From IMG/VR virus record IMGVR_UViG_3300008266_000015: a DNA stretch of 64,000 nt, one strand, 5' to 3'. This stretch comes from a virus. Under the pieces are notes generated by a model. That model was not told where the DNA came from and made no database searches. It saw only the letters and a program-made list of their open reading frames with translations. The translations under genes and the position numbers were made by a program. Below, piece by piece: positions 46,699-57,414 of the stretch (its first letter is position 1; every line of letters begins with the position of its first letter).

Positions 46699-47349
46699 AT
46701 GGGATATTTAAATAATAGCGTTATAACAGTAGACGCAATTTTGACTACAAAAGGAAGACAGTTATTAGCACAAAATGACGGTTCTTTTAGAATTACTCAA
46801 TTCGCACTAGCAGATGATGAAATTGACTATACAATGTATAATCCAATCCATCCATCTGGGTCTTCATATTATGGTGAAGCAATTTTAAACATGCCTTTAT
46901 TAGAAGCATTTCCTTCCGAAACCCAAATTATGAAGTACAAATTAGTTACTTTACCTAGAGGAACAGCTAGATTACCTGTATTATCAATTCCACCAACTAT
47001 TGTTCAAGCTCAAGGTTCATCATTATCTATTACTCCTCAAACATTAAATTATTTTGGAGGAAACACATTTGAAACAGCAGGATATACTTATACAATCTCG
47101 GATGTGCGTTTATTTAGTACGTTTGAAGGAGTAGGTATTAATACACCATCTGCTCAAGCATTAAATACTACAACTACATTGGGTACTAATGTTTCTAAAA
47201 CAGTTGTAGGTACATCTTTAAATATGAGATTTACTACTGTTAATACATTATTTGGAGCTAATAATAAACTATATGCTACATTAACTGTAGAAGGTAGAGA
47301 TAGCGGAGCAAGAATAACAATACCTGTAACTGTAACAAAAGCATCATAA
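46699..47349 (+). CDS. Structural protein with a tail-collar-fibre-like N-terminus
   Basis: ILTTKGRQLLA...ITQFALAD. Confidence 0.55.
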   Translation: MGYLNNSVITVDAILTTKGRQLLAQNDGSFRITQFALADDEIDYTMYNPIHPSGSSYYGEAILNMPLLEAFPSETQIMKYKLVTLPRGTARLPVLSIPPTIVQAQGSSLSITPQTLNYFGGNTFETAGYTYTISDVRLFSTFEGVGINTPSAQALNTTTTLGTNVSKTVVGTSLNMRFTTVNTLFGANNKLYATLTVEGRDSGARITIPVTVTKAS

Positions 47350-47365
47350 AAAATAATACAAAAAT

Positions 47366-48388
47366 ATGTCAACATTTAATCGTTTAATACCTGAAGATTT
47401 TGTAGTAAGTTCTGATTCAATCACGGCTACATTATGGTCAGGTGGAGCAGTAGCTTTAACAAATTTTTATACCTCATCAAATCAAGAAGCTGGATCATCA
47501 GGAGATTTTTATTTAAATATTTATCAATCTGATCCTATTTCTGCTACGGATGCGGAAGTACAATTTGCTATTGCTTATGGAAATAAACAGGGTAGTGGAA
47601 GTTCATGGTATAATGGGGCTGTACCTGGTGCTTCTCCAACTAGAACTACTTATGGTCAGTACAGAACATTAATTTTAGGAGATGAAAACTCAGATTTTGT
47701 TTTTGGAAATATTACATCATCTGATTTTTGGGCACTTTCAATTGATAGAACTCGTTATAAACAATCTCTATTCCCAGGCTCAATGACATTATTACTTTCA
47801 GGATCAGGAGGAGTAATATCATTAACTGACAATAGTAATTATGTTAGTTCTATTGTATTTAATGATGCAGGAAGAGTTTACCAATTAGTTAGTGGTTCAG
47901 CAGGAACTCTTTATTCAGGTTCAGGAACAGATGCAAATGGGTTTAGCCCTTCATCTGGTTCATACGGATATTTTCTTCCAGATATTGGAACAATTTTATT
48001 AAATCCATTAGCTTTATCTCAATCTATTAATTTAGAACCTAGTAGATCTTCAAATTCAGATGGATTAAATTATCAAAGATTATATAATGCTATTAGTTCA
48101 TCAGCTACTTCATCTTTTAGATTAAACAGTCAAGAAACAATATCCTCAGATTATATATTCATTAGAGCTAGGAATGCTGAATTTAACTACTCAGAAAATC
48201 CAAGTTACATCTCAGGAAGTACAGGTGAGGTAATTTATAATTCATTTATAAACAATCCACAAACATTTCCTACAACAATTGGTTTATATAACGATAATAA
48301 TGAATTATTGGCTGTTGCTAAACTTTCAAGACCACTATTAAAAGATTTTACAAAAGAAGCATTAGTGAGAGTTAAATTAGATTTCTAA
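47366..48388 (+). CDS. Structural protein, paralogous C-terminus to 48394
   Basis: EFNYSENPS...TTIGLYND..ELLAVAKLSRPL. Confidence 0.6.
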   Translation: MSTFNRLIPEDFVVSSDSITATLWSGGAVALTNFYTSSNQEAGSSGDFYLNIYQSDPISATDAEVQFAIAYGNKQGSGSSWYNGAVPGASPTRTTYGQYRTLILGDENSDFVFGNITSSDFWALSIDRTRYKQSLFPGSMTLLLSGSGGVISLTDNSNYVSSIVFNDAGRVYQLVSGSAGTLYSGSGTDANGFSPSSGSYGYFLPDIGTILLNPLALSQSINLEPSRSSNSDGLNYQRLYNAISSSATSSFRLNSQETISSDYIFIRARNAEFNYSENPSYISGSTGEVIYNSFINNPQTFPTTIGLYNDNNELLAVAKLSRPLLKDFTKEALVRVKLDF

Positions 48389-48393
48389 AATCA

Positions 48394-49314
48394 ATGAGCG
48401 CTTACAAGCAACTTCTAACTTCTGATATAATTGTTACTCCATTTGAGGTAAATAAAGAATTTACCTTTTATGGGGGTAATTCTCTAATTAATCCAAACGT
48501 AGGAATAGATAGATTATTAGGTCAAAACATAGTTGGAACTTTATTTAATCCATTATCAGATCCTACTACAGGAAATTTAGGAACCCAATATCAAAGATTA
48601 GTTTACAATTCAATTAAAGAGCTCTATTATTCAAATTATTTGAGTTCTAGTTATGGAGATGCAGTCAATCAACCAGTTTTGATTCCTGGTAGAGATGAGG
48701 AAGGAAATCGATTTGTGGGTTCTACAATGAACCCACAATTCGATAACTACTTACAAACCACTCTTACTTATCCAAAATTCTTTCCTACCTCATCAGGTAA
48801 TTATATAGGAGTTATTTCTATTCCTGCTCGTTTGTTTGGAGATTACATTAAACCAAATACATTTAGATTTAATGCAGGAGCAAATTATTTAATAGATGAT
48901 GGAGAAGGAAATGTATTAACCAATGGAGGAGAAATAATAGGAAATATATTTTATCCTCATGGGATTATTACTATAACTTCTGCTTCTTTTGGTACTATAA
49001 ATTCATTTGTATCAAATACTGATATAACTTGTTCATTTAGTAGTTCATATAAAATATATGAAACACAATATAAATGTACAATTAGAGAAAATGAATATAA
49101 TTTATCCTTAAACCCAAGTTTAATATCAGGTAGTAATTCAGCTAGTTTAGGTATCCCATATGGATTTATAACTGAATCATATTTTTCTCCTTATATCACC
49201 ACAGTTGGATTATATGATGAAGCACAAAACCTATTAGCAATAGGTAAATTGGCTCAACCATTACCTTCTTCACCAACAACAGATACAACAATATTGATTA
49301 ATATAGATAGATAA
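48394..49314 (+). CDS. Structural protein, paralogous C-terminus to 47366
   Basis: EYNLSLNPS...TTVGLYDE..NLLAIGKLAQPL. Confidence 0.6.
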   Translation: MSAYKQLLTSDIIVTPFEVNKEFTFYGGNSLINPNVGIDRLLGQNIVGTLFNPLSDPTTGNLGTQYQRLVYNSIKELYYSNYLSSSYGDAVNQPVLIPGRDEEGNRFVGSTMNPQFDNYLQTTLTYPKFFPTSSGNYIGVISIPARLFGDYIKPNTFRFNAGANYLIDDGEGNVLTNGGEIIGNIFYPHGIITITSASFGTINSFVSNTDITCSFSSSYKIYETQYKCTIRENEYNLSLNPSLISGSNSASLGIPYGFITESYFSPYITTVGLYDEAQNLLAIGKLAQPLPSSPTTDTTILINIDR

Positions 49315-49758
49315 ATGTGGTTATATAAAGACAAAGTTATAGAAAATACAGAAGACATTCCTGAAAACACATTTGGTTTTATATATGTAACAACCCATAT
49401 ACCAACAGGTATATCTTATATAGGTAAGAAATCTTTAATTCACAATGTAAAGAAAAAACTTACTAAAAAAGAATTAATCGAACAAACAGGTCCTGGTCGT
49501 AAACCAACTAGTAAAGTTGTCCAAAAGGAATCAGATTGGAAAACATATTATGGTTCCGCAAAACCAATACTCGAGCTGTTAAAAGCAGGAAAGCACTCAG
49601 AATTTACACGCGAAATACTACAGTTTGTTCCTAATAAAAAGTTATTAACATATTATGAGTGCAAGTATTTATTTAAATATAGCGTGTTAGAACATTCCAA
49701 TAAATATTTTAATGACAACATTTTAGGAAAATTTTTCACAAAAGACTTTTTAAACTAG
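49315..49758 (+). CDS. GIY-YIG-like (Seg-type) nuclease domain protein
   Basis: GFIY...YIGKK, WKTYYGS, FTREIL, a conserved E and N.NI. Confidence 0.7.
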   Translation: MWLYKDKVIENTEDIPENTFGFIYVTTHIPTGISYIGKKSLIHNVKKKLTKKELIEQTGPGRKPTSKVVQKESDWKTYYGSAKPILELLKAGKHSEFTREILQFVPNKKLLTYYECKYLFKYSVLEHSNKYFNDNILGKFFTKDFLN

Positions 49759-49793
49759 GATATCCAAGATGTCTTTCATATATTAAATAAGTT

Positions 49794-50729
49794 ATGGGAA
49801 ATAATGCGTTAACATATTTGATTGATTCAATTTTAGGTAAAAGTAAATCCACATCTAAAGGTAATAGAGCATATCATTGCCCTGAATGTAAACATCATAA
49901 GTTAAAACTTGAAATTAATTTAGATGAAACCTCCCCACACTTTCAATCATACAATTGTTGGACGTGTGGTTTTAAAGGTAAAAAATTAACAACCCTGTTT
50001 AAAAAAATAGAGGCGGATTTCGATAAAGTAAATCAATTAAAATTATTAGTTAAATCCATTCCAAAAGATTTTGAAGGAAAAATAATTGAAACTAAAAAAA
50101 TAACACTACCTAAAGAATTTATTTCATTGATTAATCCTCCAAGTAGTTTAACAGCTAAACATGCTTTACATTATTTAAAAACTCGAAATATAACTCAAGA
50201 AGATATTATTAAGTATAATATAGGGTATTGTGAGTTTGGGAATTATTCAAACATGATCATTATCCCATCATATGATTCGGAAGGAAATTTAAATTATTTC
50301 ACTTCCAGAAATTTTAATAAAAATTCCTCAATTAAATACAAAAACCCAGATATATCAAGAGATATAATTGGGTTAGAACTTTTTATAAATTGGAATACAC
50401 CTATTACATTGTGTGAGGGAATGTTTGATGCTATTGCTATTAAACGGAATGTTATTCCATTACTTGGAAAAACTATTCAAAATAGTTTAATGAAAAAACT
50501 AATCAATTCCTCAGTACAAAAAATATATATTGCATTAGATAAAGACGCCATTAAACAAGCGTTAAATTTTTGTGAAACATTAATGAATGAAGGTAAAGAA
50601 GTTTATTTAGTTAATATTGACGATAAGGATCCAAGTGATATGGGATTTGTTAAGTTTACTAACCTAATTCAAAACACGTTTCCTTTAACCTTCTCAAACT
50701 TACTTGAGAAAAAATTACAAATTATATGA
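49794..50729 (+). CDS. DNA primase (DnaG-type)
   Basis: CPEC/CWTC Zn finger, YLKTR.I, KYKNP, TOPRIM EGMFDA, ALDKDA and KDPSD. Confidence 0.9.
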   Translation: MGNNALTYLIDSILGKSKSTSKGNRAYHCPECKHHKLKLEINLDETSPHFQSYNCWTCGFKGKKLTTLFKKIEADFDKVNQLKLLVKSIPKDFEGKIIETKKITLPKEFISLINPPSSLTAKHALHYLKTRNITQEDIIKYNIGYCEFGNYSNMIIIPSYDSEGNLNYFTSRNFNKNSSIKYKNPDISRDIIGLELFINWNTPITLCEGMFDAIAIKRNVIPLLGKTIQNSLMKKLINSSVQKIYIALDKDAIKQALNFCETLMNEGKEVYLVNIDDKDPSDMGFVKFTNLIQNTFPLTFSNLLEKKLQII

Positions 50730-51496
50730 GCAAAATTAAGCATTCATATGATCGAATTTTAGAAATATCTGACGACCATAAACAAATTACATTGCCTGAT
50801 TCCAGGTATTACAGACGAAATGGTGAATATTACCCTTCAGTAACATATGTATTAAACTTATATCCTAAAGGGAAATTTTTTGAAGACTGGTTAAAAAAAG
50901 TAGGTTATGCTTCTGAATATATCGTTAAAAAAGCATCTGAAGAAGGTACTCAAGTACATGAATTATGTGAAGCATATTTAAATGGTGAAGAATTATATTT
51001 TCTATCTCACTCAGGAAAACCCCAACATCATCCAGATGTATGGCAAATGTTTTTACGTTTTGTAGATTTTTGGGAAGAATTCACTCCAAAATTAATTGAA
51101 ACCGAAGTACATTTATTTTCAGATGAACTTAAAGTAGCAGGAACCTGCGATTTAATTGTTGAAATAAACGATAAATTATGGTTGTTAGACATTAAAACAT
51201 CTAACCAAATGCATTCAACTTATGAACTTCAAACCGCGGTTTATGGTCAATGTTATCAAGAATGCTATAATAAAAAGGTAGATCATTATGGAATATTATG
51301 GTTGAAATCATCCAAACGTAAATCATCAAAAGGTAAAATGCAAGGCAAAGGATGGGAAATTTTAGAATCAGAAAGAACATTTGAAGAAAACATTGATATC
51401 TTCAAAACTATTAAAAAACTATTTGATTTAGAAAATCCTACAGCCTCTCCATCATTCGAGTCATTTAGAACTACTGTAAAACGAAAAGATCTATAA
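50726..51496 (+). CDS. PD-(D/E)XK exonuclease
   Basis: YPSVT, GTQVH..CE, AGTCD, LDIKTS and Q..VY. Confidence 0.85.
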   Translation: MSKIKHSYDRILEISDDHKQITLPDSRYYRRNGEYYPSVTYVLNLYPKGKFFEDWLKKVGYASEYIVKKASEEGTQVHELCEAYLNGEELYFLSHSGKPQHHPDVWQMFLRFVDFWEEFTPKLIETEVHLFSDELKVAGTCDLIVEINDKLWLLDIKTSNQMHSTYELQTAVYGQCYQECYNKKVDHYGILWLKSSKRKSSKGKMQGKGWEILESERTFEENIDIFKTIKKLFDLENPTASPSFESFRTTVKRKDL

Positions 51497-51551
51497 TATT
51501 TATAATGAGAGAGAATTGGGATTCCTAAATTCTTTTTTGTATATTAATATT

Positions 51552-52349
51552 ATGATAAAACTTACTCAACTATTACAAGAAGCACTTTCTAAACCCAAAG
51601 CCATAATCATGGCGGGAGGTGCTTCAGTAGGTAAATCCACGGTACTTAAATCTATTGATCCTATAGTTAAAGATTTTGACAATCTAAACGCAGATAAATA
51701 TGTTGAAGATAAAGATTCTCCAATGTATAGAAATTTATCTGCTGCATCTACTCAAATTAGAAAAAAAGATTTACCAAACGCTATAAAAAATCAAAAAAAT
51801 CTTATTTACGACACTACGGCCTCTAATTTATCTACTTTACAACCAATTCTAGATGAATTAAATAGTAATGGGTATGAAACCATGATGATTATGGTTTATG
51901 CCCATCCTGTTGTTTCATTTCTAAGAAATTTTAAACGTGAACGTAAAGTACCAGCTGTAGGTGTTTTAGGAACATGGGCTAATGTGTATAACTTATTAGA
52001 CGAATATAAAAATATATTTGGTGATAAATTTATATTGGTAAATTCTCCATCTGGACCTGAAGAACAAAAAGAAATAGCCAATTTTGAAAAAGCATACCAA
52101 GATGGCAAACTATCAGAATACTTTAATAGTTTATTATCTACAGGAGAATTCGCTTCTACTTTTAAAAAAGATGATACAACTCTATCTCCTGAAGAAAAAG
52201 AAAAAAGAGAAAAACAAAGAGAAAATACTCGTAAAACATTAGAAAAAAATATTGAAAAAATTTCTACCACATATGGAGATATTCAATCTAAATTAGACCC
52301 AATTGATAGTAAAGAGTTGCCTAATATTGTTAAAAACTTTGTTAAATGA
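51552..52349 (+). CDS. Zeta-toxin/AAA_33-like P-loop kinase (start corrected)
   Basis: PKAIIMAGGASVGKST, NAD, IYDTT and RN..RERKVP. Confidence 0.8.
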   Translation: MIKLTQLLQEALSKPKAIIMAGGASVGKSTVLKSIDPIVKDFDNLNADKYVEDKDSPMYRNLSAASTQIRKKDLPNAIKNQKNLIYDTTASNLSTLQPILDELNSNGYETMMIMVYAHPVVSFLRNFKRERKVPAVGVLGTWANVYNLLDEYKNIFGDKFILVNSPSGPEEQKEIANFEKAYQDGKLSEYFNSLLSTGEFASTFKKDDTTLSPEEKEKREKQRENTRKTLEKNIEKISTTYGDIQSKLDPIDSKELPNIVKNFVK

Positions 52350-54289
52350 ATTTTTTAGTTAGAGAACTTATACAACCTATATTAGAGGACTTTCAAATTG
52401 AAATGCCCCAATCTAATGAGGTAGTAGCTTTGTTTGGTGGTGGATTTAAACCACCCACAAAAGGACATTTTGATGTTGTTAAACAAACACTTGAAAACCA
52501 CCCAAATATAACTGAATTTCAAATAGCAATAGGAGGAGGTACTCGAGACGGTATCACTCCTGAAATGTCTATGAAAATCTGGGAAATATACAAACCATTA
52601 CTTTCAGATAAAGTAAAGTTAATTTCAACTTCATCTCCACTTACATATATTAAAGACTATATCAAGGAAAACTCAGATACAGAAATATATGCTGTGGTGG
52701 GTGCTAGAGAGGGAGATGAACAAGATGCTAAAGATTTTGAACAACGTAAAACTCTATATAAAAAATACGGAAATAAAGTTACTGTTTTAAAATCAGAAGC
52801 CGAAAACAGCATTAGTGGAACTAAAGCACGTAAGGCACTATCTGATAATAATTTTGAGGAATTTATAAAATATTTACCTAGTGAATTAGATTCTGATACC
52901 CAACAACAAGTATGGAGCATTTTAGGTAAAGAAAAAATAGAGGAAATGTCTCAAATGGCTATCCAATCAGTTGAAGATTTTGCGGATAAAGAATTAAACC
53001 CACTAGACATAGAATTTACCAGTCATTTCTTTGATAGATTAGTAGATCCTAGAAACATTAAGCCTATTTCATCAGCTGAACTTATTGGGTTTTTTAAACG
53101 CTTAGCTAAAAAGAAAAAACAATTATTTGATTTTCTTTCTAAATATAAAGAAATAGTAGCCACAGATAATCGTACAGATATTAATATACCACTGGTTAAG
53201 CAAGCAAATACTGCTATTGCTAAAACTATAATGCGTAAAAAAGATTTCAAAACACCTGATCCTAAAATTGAATTTAGTGAGAGTTTAAATGAAAGTGTAA
53301 ACGATTCATTTGATGATTCTTTAAATTCATTAATCAGATATATGGTTGATCAAGGTATGGATATTCAACCATTACCTACATTAAAAATCATAGACAACGA
53401 TGTAGAAAACGCTAATAACGTTTTAGGTAAAACAGCGTACTACGATCCAAATAATTGTTCTATAACGCTTTATACGCTGAATAGACATCCAAAAGATATA
53501 TTACGTTCATTTTCTCATGAAATGATTCATCGTATTCAAGATAATGAAGGTAGATTAAATAATGTAACTACTAATGATACTAATGAAGATGGAGATTTAC
53601 CTGAATTAGAAAGAGAAGCATATTTAAAAGGAAACATGACATTTAGAAATTGGGAAGATTCAATTAAAAATCAAAAATATATTAGAGAATATAAAGAGTA
53701 TGCTTTAAATGAACTATTTGAAAAAGACTTACCTAATATAGAAAAATTAAATAGTGTAGAGTATTTAGTAAGCAATGGAGATGATATTGAAGCAAAATAT
53801 TATTTTAGATTAGATGAACCTGATTTAAATAAATGGTCAATACATTGGAATTTTACAAATAATAACAAAAATACATCTCCTGAGGCTTGGAAACAAATAA
53901 CTACTACCTCATTTAAAATATTAAAAGATTTTATAAATAATAAAAAACCAAACTACATTTCTCTCTCAGGGAATGAAAATAAAAGTGGTAAAAATGCTAA
54001 ACTAAACATATATAAATCTAAATCATTTTTAGAAAAACTTGAAAATATATTTAATAATCAATATTTAATTAAAAATGATGATGAATCTATGGTTTTAATG
54101 AAATCAATAGAAGAAGCATATAAGTATGCCATAAATGAAAGTGTTAAGTATGGTGGAGAAAAATATGAAGATGTTTTATATTATTGGCAAAATTTAGATA
54201 TAAATTCTAAAAGTAAAATAGAACGTTGGAATGCCACTAAACGTAAAGTGAAAAGAGAAGTTTTACAAGAAATTTACCAAATTAAATGA
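52346..54289 (+). CDS. Multidomain protein: cytidylyltransferase-like + HExxH zincin-like + unknown domains
   Basis: GGGFKPPTKGH and ISGTKAR (HIGH-type fold); RSFSHEMIH...EREAY. Confidence 0.75.
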   Translation: MNFLVRELIQPILEDFQIEMPQSNEVVALFGGGFKPPTKGHFDVVKQTLENHPNITEFQIAIGGGTRDGITPEMSMKIWEIYKPLLSDKVKLISTSSPLTYIKDYIKENSDTEIYAVVGAREGDEQDAKDFEQRKTLYKKYGNKVTVLKSEAENSISGTKARKALSDNNFEEFIKYLPSELDSDTQQQVWSILGKEKIEEMSQMAIQSVEDFADKELNPLDIEFTSHFFDRLVDPRNIKPISSAELIGFFKRLAKKKKQLFDFLSKYKEIVATDNRTDINIPLVKQANTAIAKTIMRKKDFKTPDPKIEFSESLNESVNDSFDDSLNSLIRYMVDQGMDIQPLPTLKIIDNDVENANNVLGKTAYYDPNNCSITLYTLNRHPKDILRSFSHEMIHRIQDNEGRLNNVTTNDTNEDGDLPELEREAYLKGNMTFRNWEDSIKNQKYIREYKEYALNELFEKDLPNIEKLNSVEYLVSNGDDIEAKYYFRLDEPDLNKWSIHWNFTNNNKNTSPEAWKQITTTSFKILKDFINNKKPNYISLSGNENKSGKNAKLNIYKSKSFLEKLENIFNNQYLIKNDDESMVLMKSIEEAYKYAINESVKYGGEKYEDVLYYWQNLDINSKSKIERWNATKRKVKREVLQEIYQIK

Positions 54290-54822
54290 AATATAAATTA
54301 ACAGACATATATAAGCAAATTAGGGAAGAGGAAACAGCTGCCCAAGTAGCACAATATAAAATATTTTGTGATATGGATGGCGTGTTATGTGATTTTGATA
54401 GACGATTTGAACAATTTGGAGGAATGTCTCCTAAAGAATACGAATCAAAATATGGCATTAAAGAATTTTGGGAACTTATAGATAAAAAAATAGGTGTTCA
54501 ATTTTGGTCTAAAATGCCATGGATGTCTGATGGTAAACAACTTTGGGACTATATTAAAAAATATAACCCATCTTTACTCTCAGCTCCTTCTAGAGAAGCA
54601 TCTTCTCGCTATGGAAAACATTTGTGGGTAAAAGAAAATATACCTGGGACTAAATTAATTTTAGCAAATAGAGAAAAGAAAAAAAATTATTCTGGAAAAA
54701 ATCGAATACTTATCGACGATCGCCCTGATAATATTAATGAATGGAAGGCCACAGGAGGTATAGGTATTTTACATACTTCAACATCAAATACAATTAACGA
54801 ATTAAAGCAACTAGGATTATGA
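54286..54822 (+). CDS. HAD-family 5'(3')-deoxyribonucleotidase-like protein
   Basis: IFCDMDGVLCDF, LLSAP, GK..W and ILIDD. Confidence 0.85.
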   Translation: MKYKLTDIYKQIREEETAAQVAQYKIFCDMDGVLCDFDRRFEQFGGMSPKEYESKYGIKEFWELIDKKIGVQFWSKMPWMSDGKQLWDYIKKYNPSLLSAPSREASSRYGKHLWVKENIPGTKLILANREKKKNYSGKNRILIDDRPDNINEWKATGGIGILHTSTSNTINELKQLGL

Positions 54823-55469
54823 AATATCAGTACAAATTGGTAAAAGAAAATGAAGGTGAAGAAGAAGTTAGTGGGTTAAAAGGTATACAATCTCAAAATG
54901 AATTAGTATTAACAGCCTTAGAAGGACGTACTGCTAAAGAACTTCTTGATATTATCAATGATCCTGCTAACCTGGATAAAGTATATGCTAAAGAAGCTTC
55001 TGGACTAAAAGATATCAAAATTAAAGTATTTGGTGATATGCCTAATGCTCGTTATAAATTAAGTGATAACATTGCTATATATAAGGAAAATGGTACTTCT
55101 CTTTATTCTAAAATAGAAAATGCAGTTGGTGCAAAATTTGATAGAAAAGGAGCCGAAATTAACAAAGACAAAGCCGGTAACATTCGGTTTATTTTTCCTA
55201 AAAATAGTAAATATAATGTAGATTTAGTAGAAAAATATTTTAACAGTATGGATAGTGGTGAAAAATCTAGAAAAGCAGATTTACGACCTAAAGAAATAGA
55301 TGAACTTACATTAAGATTTCCATTAAGTGATGGTCCAACTCTTAGAAAAATATTAGATAATGCAAATTTAGAATCAGGTAAAGATTATAAATTAAGTAAA
55401 CAAGAAGCAATACAAGAAAATTTACGTACTTTAGTTAAAAAAGAAATATTAAAGTTTTATAAAAAATAA
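54819..55469 (+). CDS. Hypothetical protein
   Basis: Coupled ORF. Confidence 0.65.
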   Translation: MKYQYKLVKENEGEEEVSGLKGIQSQNELVLTALEGRTAKELLDIINDPANLDKVYAKEASGLKDIKIKVFGDMPNARYKLSDNIAIYKENGTSLYSKIENAVGAKFDRKGAEINKDKAGNIRFIFPKNSKYNVDLVEKYFNSMDSGEKSRKADLRPKEIDELTLRFPLSDGPTLRKILDNANLESGKDYKLSKQEAIQENLRTLVKKEILKFYKK

Positions 55470-55472
55470 TTT

Positions 55473-56042
55473 ATGTCAGAAAACGTTTTAAAAAAAGATT
55501 TCAAACAAAAGGATGTTCAACGTCTTCGTAATCTTGTTCAAGGCAAGTACGGAGAAAGGACTACTGTGGGGATTGGTTATGAAAAGAAAAAAAGTTTTCA
55601 TGATGAGGGAGATGTGTGGGAAGAAGATGGTAGGCAATGGACTATCAAAAATGGCATTAAACAAAATCTTACTAAATTAGACAAAGCAAAGCACTCAGTG
55701 ACTTTGCCACTTTTCTGCCCTTGTTGCTCTAATTTAATGAAAAATAAATTCGATAAATTATTTTACATTCAATATAATAGATGCTTTAATTGTCAAATTG
55801 ACTTTGAAACAGATATTCGCAAAATGGGATTATGGGAAGAATATGAAAAAAATATCATCAATTCAGATGTAGATCATCTTATTAAAGATTATAATACATG
55901 GATGGATGAAGTTATCAATGGTTCAAATGAAAGTTTTATTACTGAAGCCGGAGATATTGAAAAATGGGATGGCTCAGCAAAGAAAAAGTTGTTAGAAAGT
56001 AAAGAAGAAACAATTAAATATTTGCAAACCTTAAAACGATGA
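55473..56042 (+). CDS. Zn-ribbon-containing hypothetical protein
   Basis: CPCC...CFNC. Confidence 0.7.
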   Translation: MSENVLKKDFKQKDVQRLRNLVQGKYGERTTVGIGYEKKKSFHDEGDVWEEDGRQWTIKNGIKQNLTKLDKAKHSVTLPLFCPCCSNLMKNKFDKLFYIQYNRCFNCQIDFETDIRKMGLWEEYEKNIINSDVDHLIKDYNTWMDEVINGSNESFITEAGDIEKWDGSAKKKLLESKEETIKYLQTLKR

Positions 56043-56046
56043 AGTC

Positions 56047-56667
56047 ATGCCTCCAATTCCAATTTACATAACAGTTGTAACAGCGCTAATAACAGCGATT
56101 TTTGGTCCTATTATTGTAGAATGGGTAAAATCTAAATTTATTTTTCCCCATAAAGACGCATTAGGAGAATCTATTAATACAGATGAAAAAGTTGATCATC
56201 AACTAGAAATATTAATAAAAGAACTAAAAAGTGATAGAATATGTATTGCTCAATTCCATAATGGAGGACATTTCTACCCTACAGGAAAATCAATTAAGAA
56301 GTTTAGTATTTTTTATGAACGAACTACAGACAAAACATCTTCTATAAAAGATACTTTCCAAAATATTCCTGTATCTTTATTTCCTAAAGCATTTTCTTTA
56401 ATATATAAAGATGGAGAAATAATAATTCCTGATACTAAAGAAAATTATTTGGATTGTGGTTTATTTCAAATTCAAGGAAAAAATTATAAAACTAAATCAT
56501 TCTATGTTTTTTCAATAAAAGATATAAATAATAATTTTATAGGTTCTTTAACTATTTCATATTATACTAGAAAACATTCTTTTACTCAAGAGGAATGGAT
56601 ATTAATAAGACAAAAAATAGGTGTAATAGGAGCAATTTTAACTGACTACTTGCACGGAAAAAGATAA
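56047..56667 (+). CDS. N-terminal TM + GAF-like domain protein (possible holin)
   Basis: One TM helix, then DRICIAQFHNG...FIGSLTISY GAF-like pattern; topology as in T4 holin T. Confidence 0.5.
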   Translation: MPPIPIYITVVTALITAIFGPIIVEWVKSKFIFPHKDALGESINTDEKVDHQLEILIKELKSDRICIAQFHNGGHFYPTGKSIKKFSIFYERTTDKTSSIKDTFQNIPVSLFPKAFSLIYKDGEIIIPDTKENYLDCGLFQIQGKNYKTKSFYVFSIKDINNNFIGSLTISYYTRKHSFTQEEWILIRQKIGVIGAILTDYLHGKR

Positions 56668-56694
56668 ACACAATATTTATAATAAAATACAAAG

Positions 56695-57213
56695 ATGAAA
56701 GAATTTGAAAGAATGCAGAAGTTAGCTTTTGGCAACACAATTCCAGCATTAAAACATATTGAAAATCAACCAGTTTCTTTAACTGAAAATGCACTTAAAG
56801 CTAAAATTAAAGAACTAGTACATTCATCTTTAGGTGAAGCTAAGAAAAAGAAAAAAGAAGAAGATGTAGCTCCCCAAGAAGATGTAAATATAGAAATGGA
56901 TGCTACTGAAGAAATACCTGGAGATACTATGGCACCTGAATCAGTAGATGGAGCAGATATTGATCCAACAGTTAAATCAATCCAGGATTCATTACAAAAA
57001 GCATTTGCTCAAGCTAAAACATTGGGTGATGAAAAACTTATCGCTCAAATTGGTAATACAATTACTATGCTTGTTAGAACACAAGTATTAGGTGGGCAAC
57101 AAGTAGCTGAATCATTAAATGAAGAAGAAACAGATTATCAAGAAGGATACAGACATGGATACAATAACGGATATAGAGATGGTGTAGAAGGAGAAGAAAA
57201 AGAAAAATTTTAA
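56695..57213 (+). CDS. Acidic probable head-internal protein
   Basis: RMQKLA, LTE and LNE motifs; late motif upstream. Confidence 0.55.
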   Translation: MKEFERMQKLAFGNTIPALKHIENQPVSLTENALKAKIKELVHSSLGEAKKKKKEEDVAPQEDVNIEMDATEEIPGDTMAPESVDGADIDPTVKSIQDSLQKAFAQAKTLGDEKLIAQIGNTITMLVRTQVLGGQQVAESLNEEETDYQEGYRHGYNNGYRDGVEGEEKEKF

Positions 57214-57239
57214 TAAAAACAAATAAAAACAAACAATTT

Positions 57240-57413
57240 ATGAATTCACAAGAACTATTTGAACAAATTAGTGGGTTATTCGAAACAGCAAAAGAAAATC
57301 ACGCTGAAACAACTAAAGCCGCTAAAGGTAGAGCACGCAAAGCACTTTCTGAAATAAAAAAACTCATTGCAGCCTACAACAAAGCTTCTGTTGCTGAAGT
57401 AAAAGCAAAGTAA
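57240..57413 (+). CDS. Histone H1-like (Hc1-type) small basic protein (not in track)
   Basis: 57 aa; TKAAKGRARKALSEIKKLIAAYNKASV. Confidence 0.7.
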   Translation: MNSQELFEQISGLFETAKENHAETTKAAKGRARKALSEIKKLIAAYNKASVAEVKAK

Positions 57414-57414
57414 A

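Noticed and set aside
51552-52349. Zeta/epsilon toxin-antitoxin pair
   Set aside because: No adjacent small antitoxin-like gene; only the kinase fold is supported.
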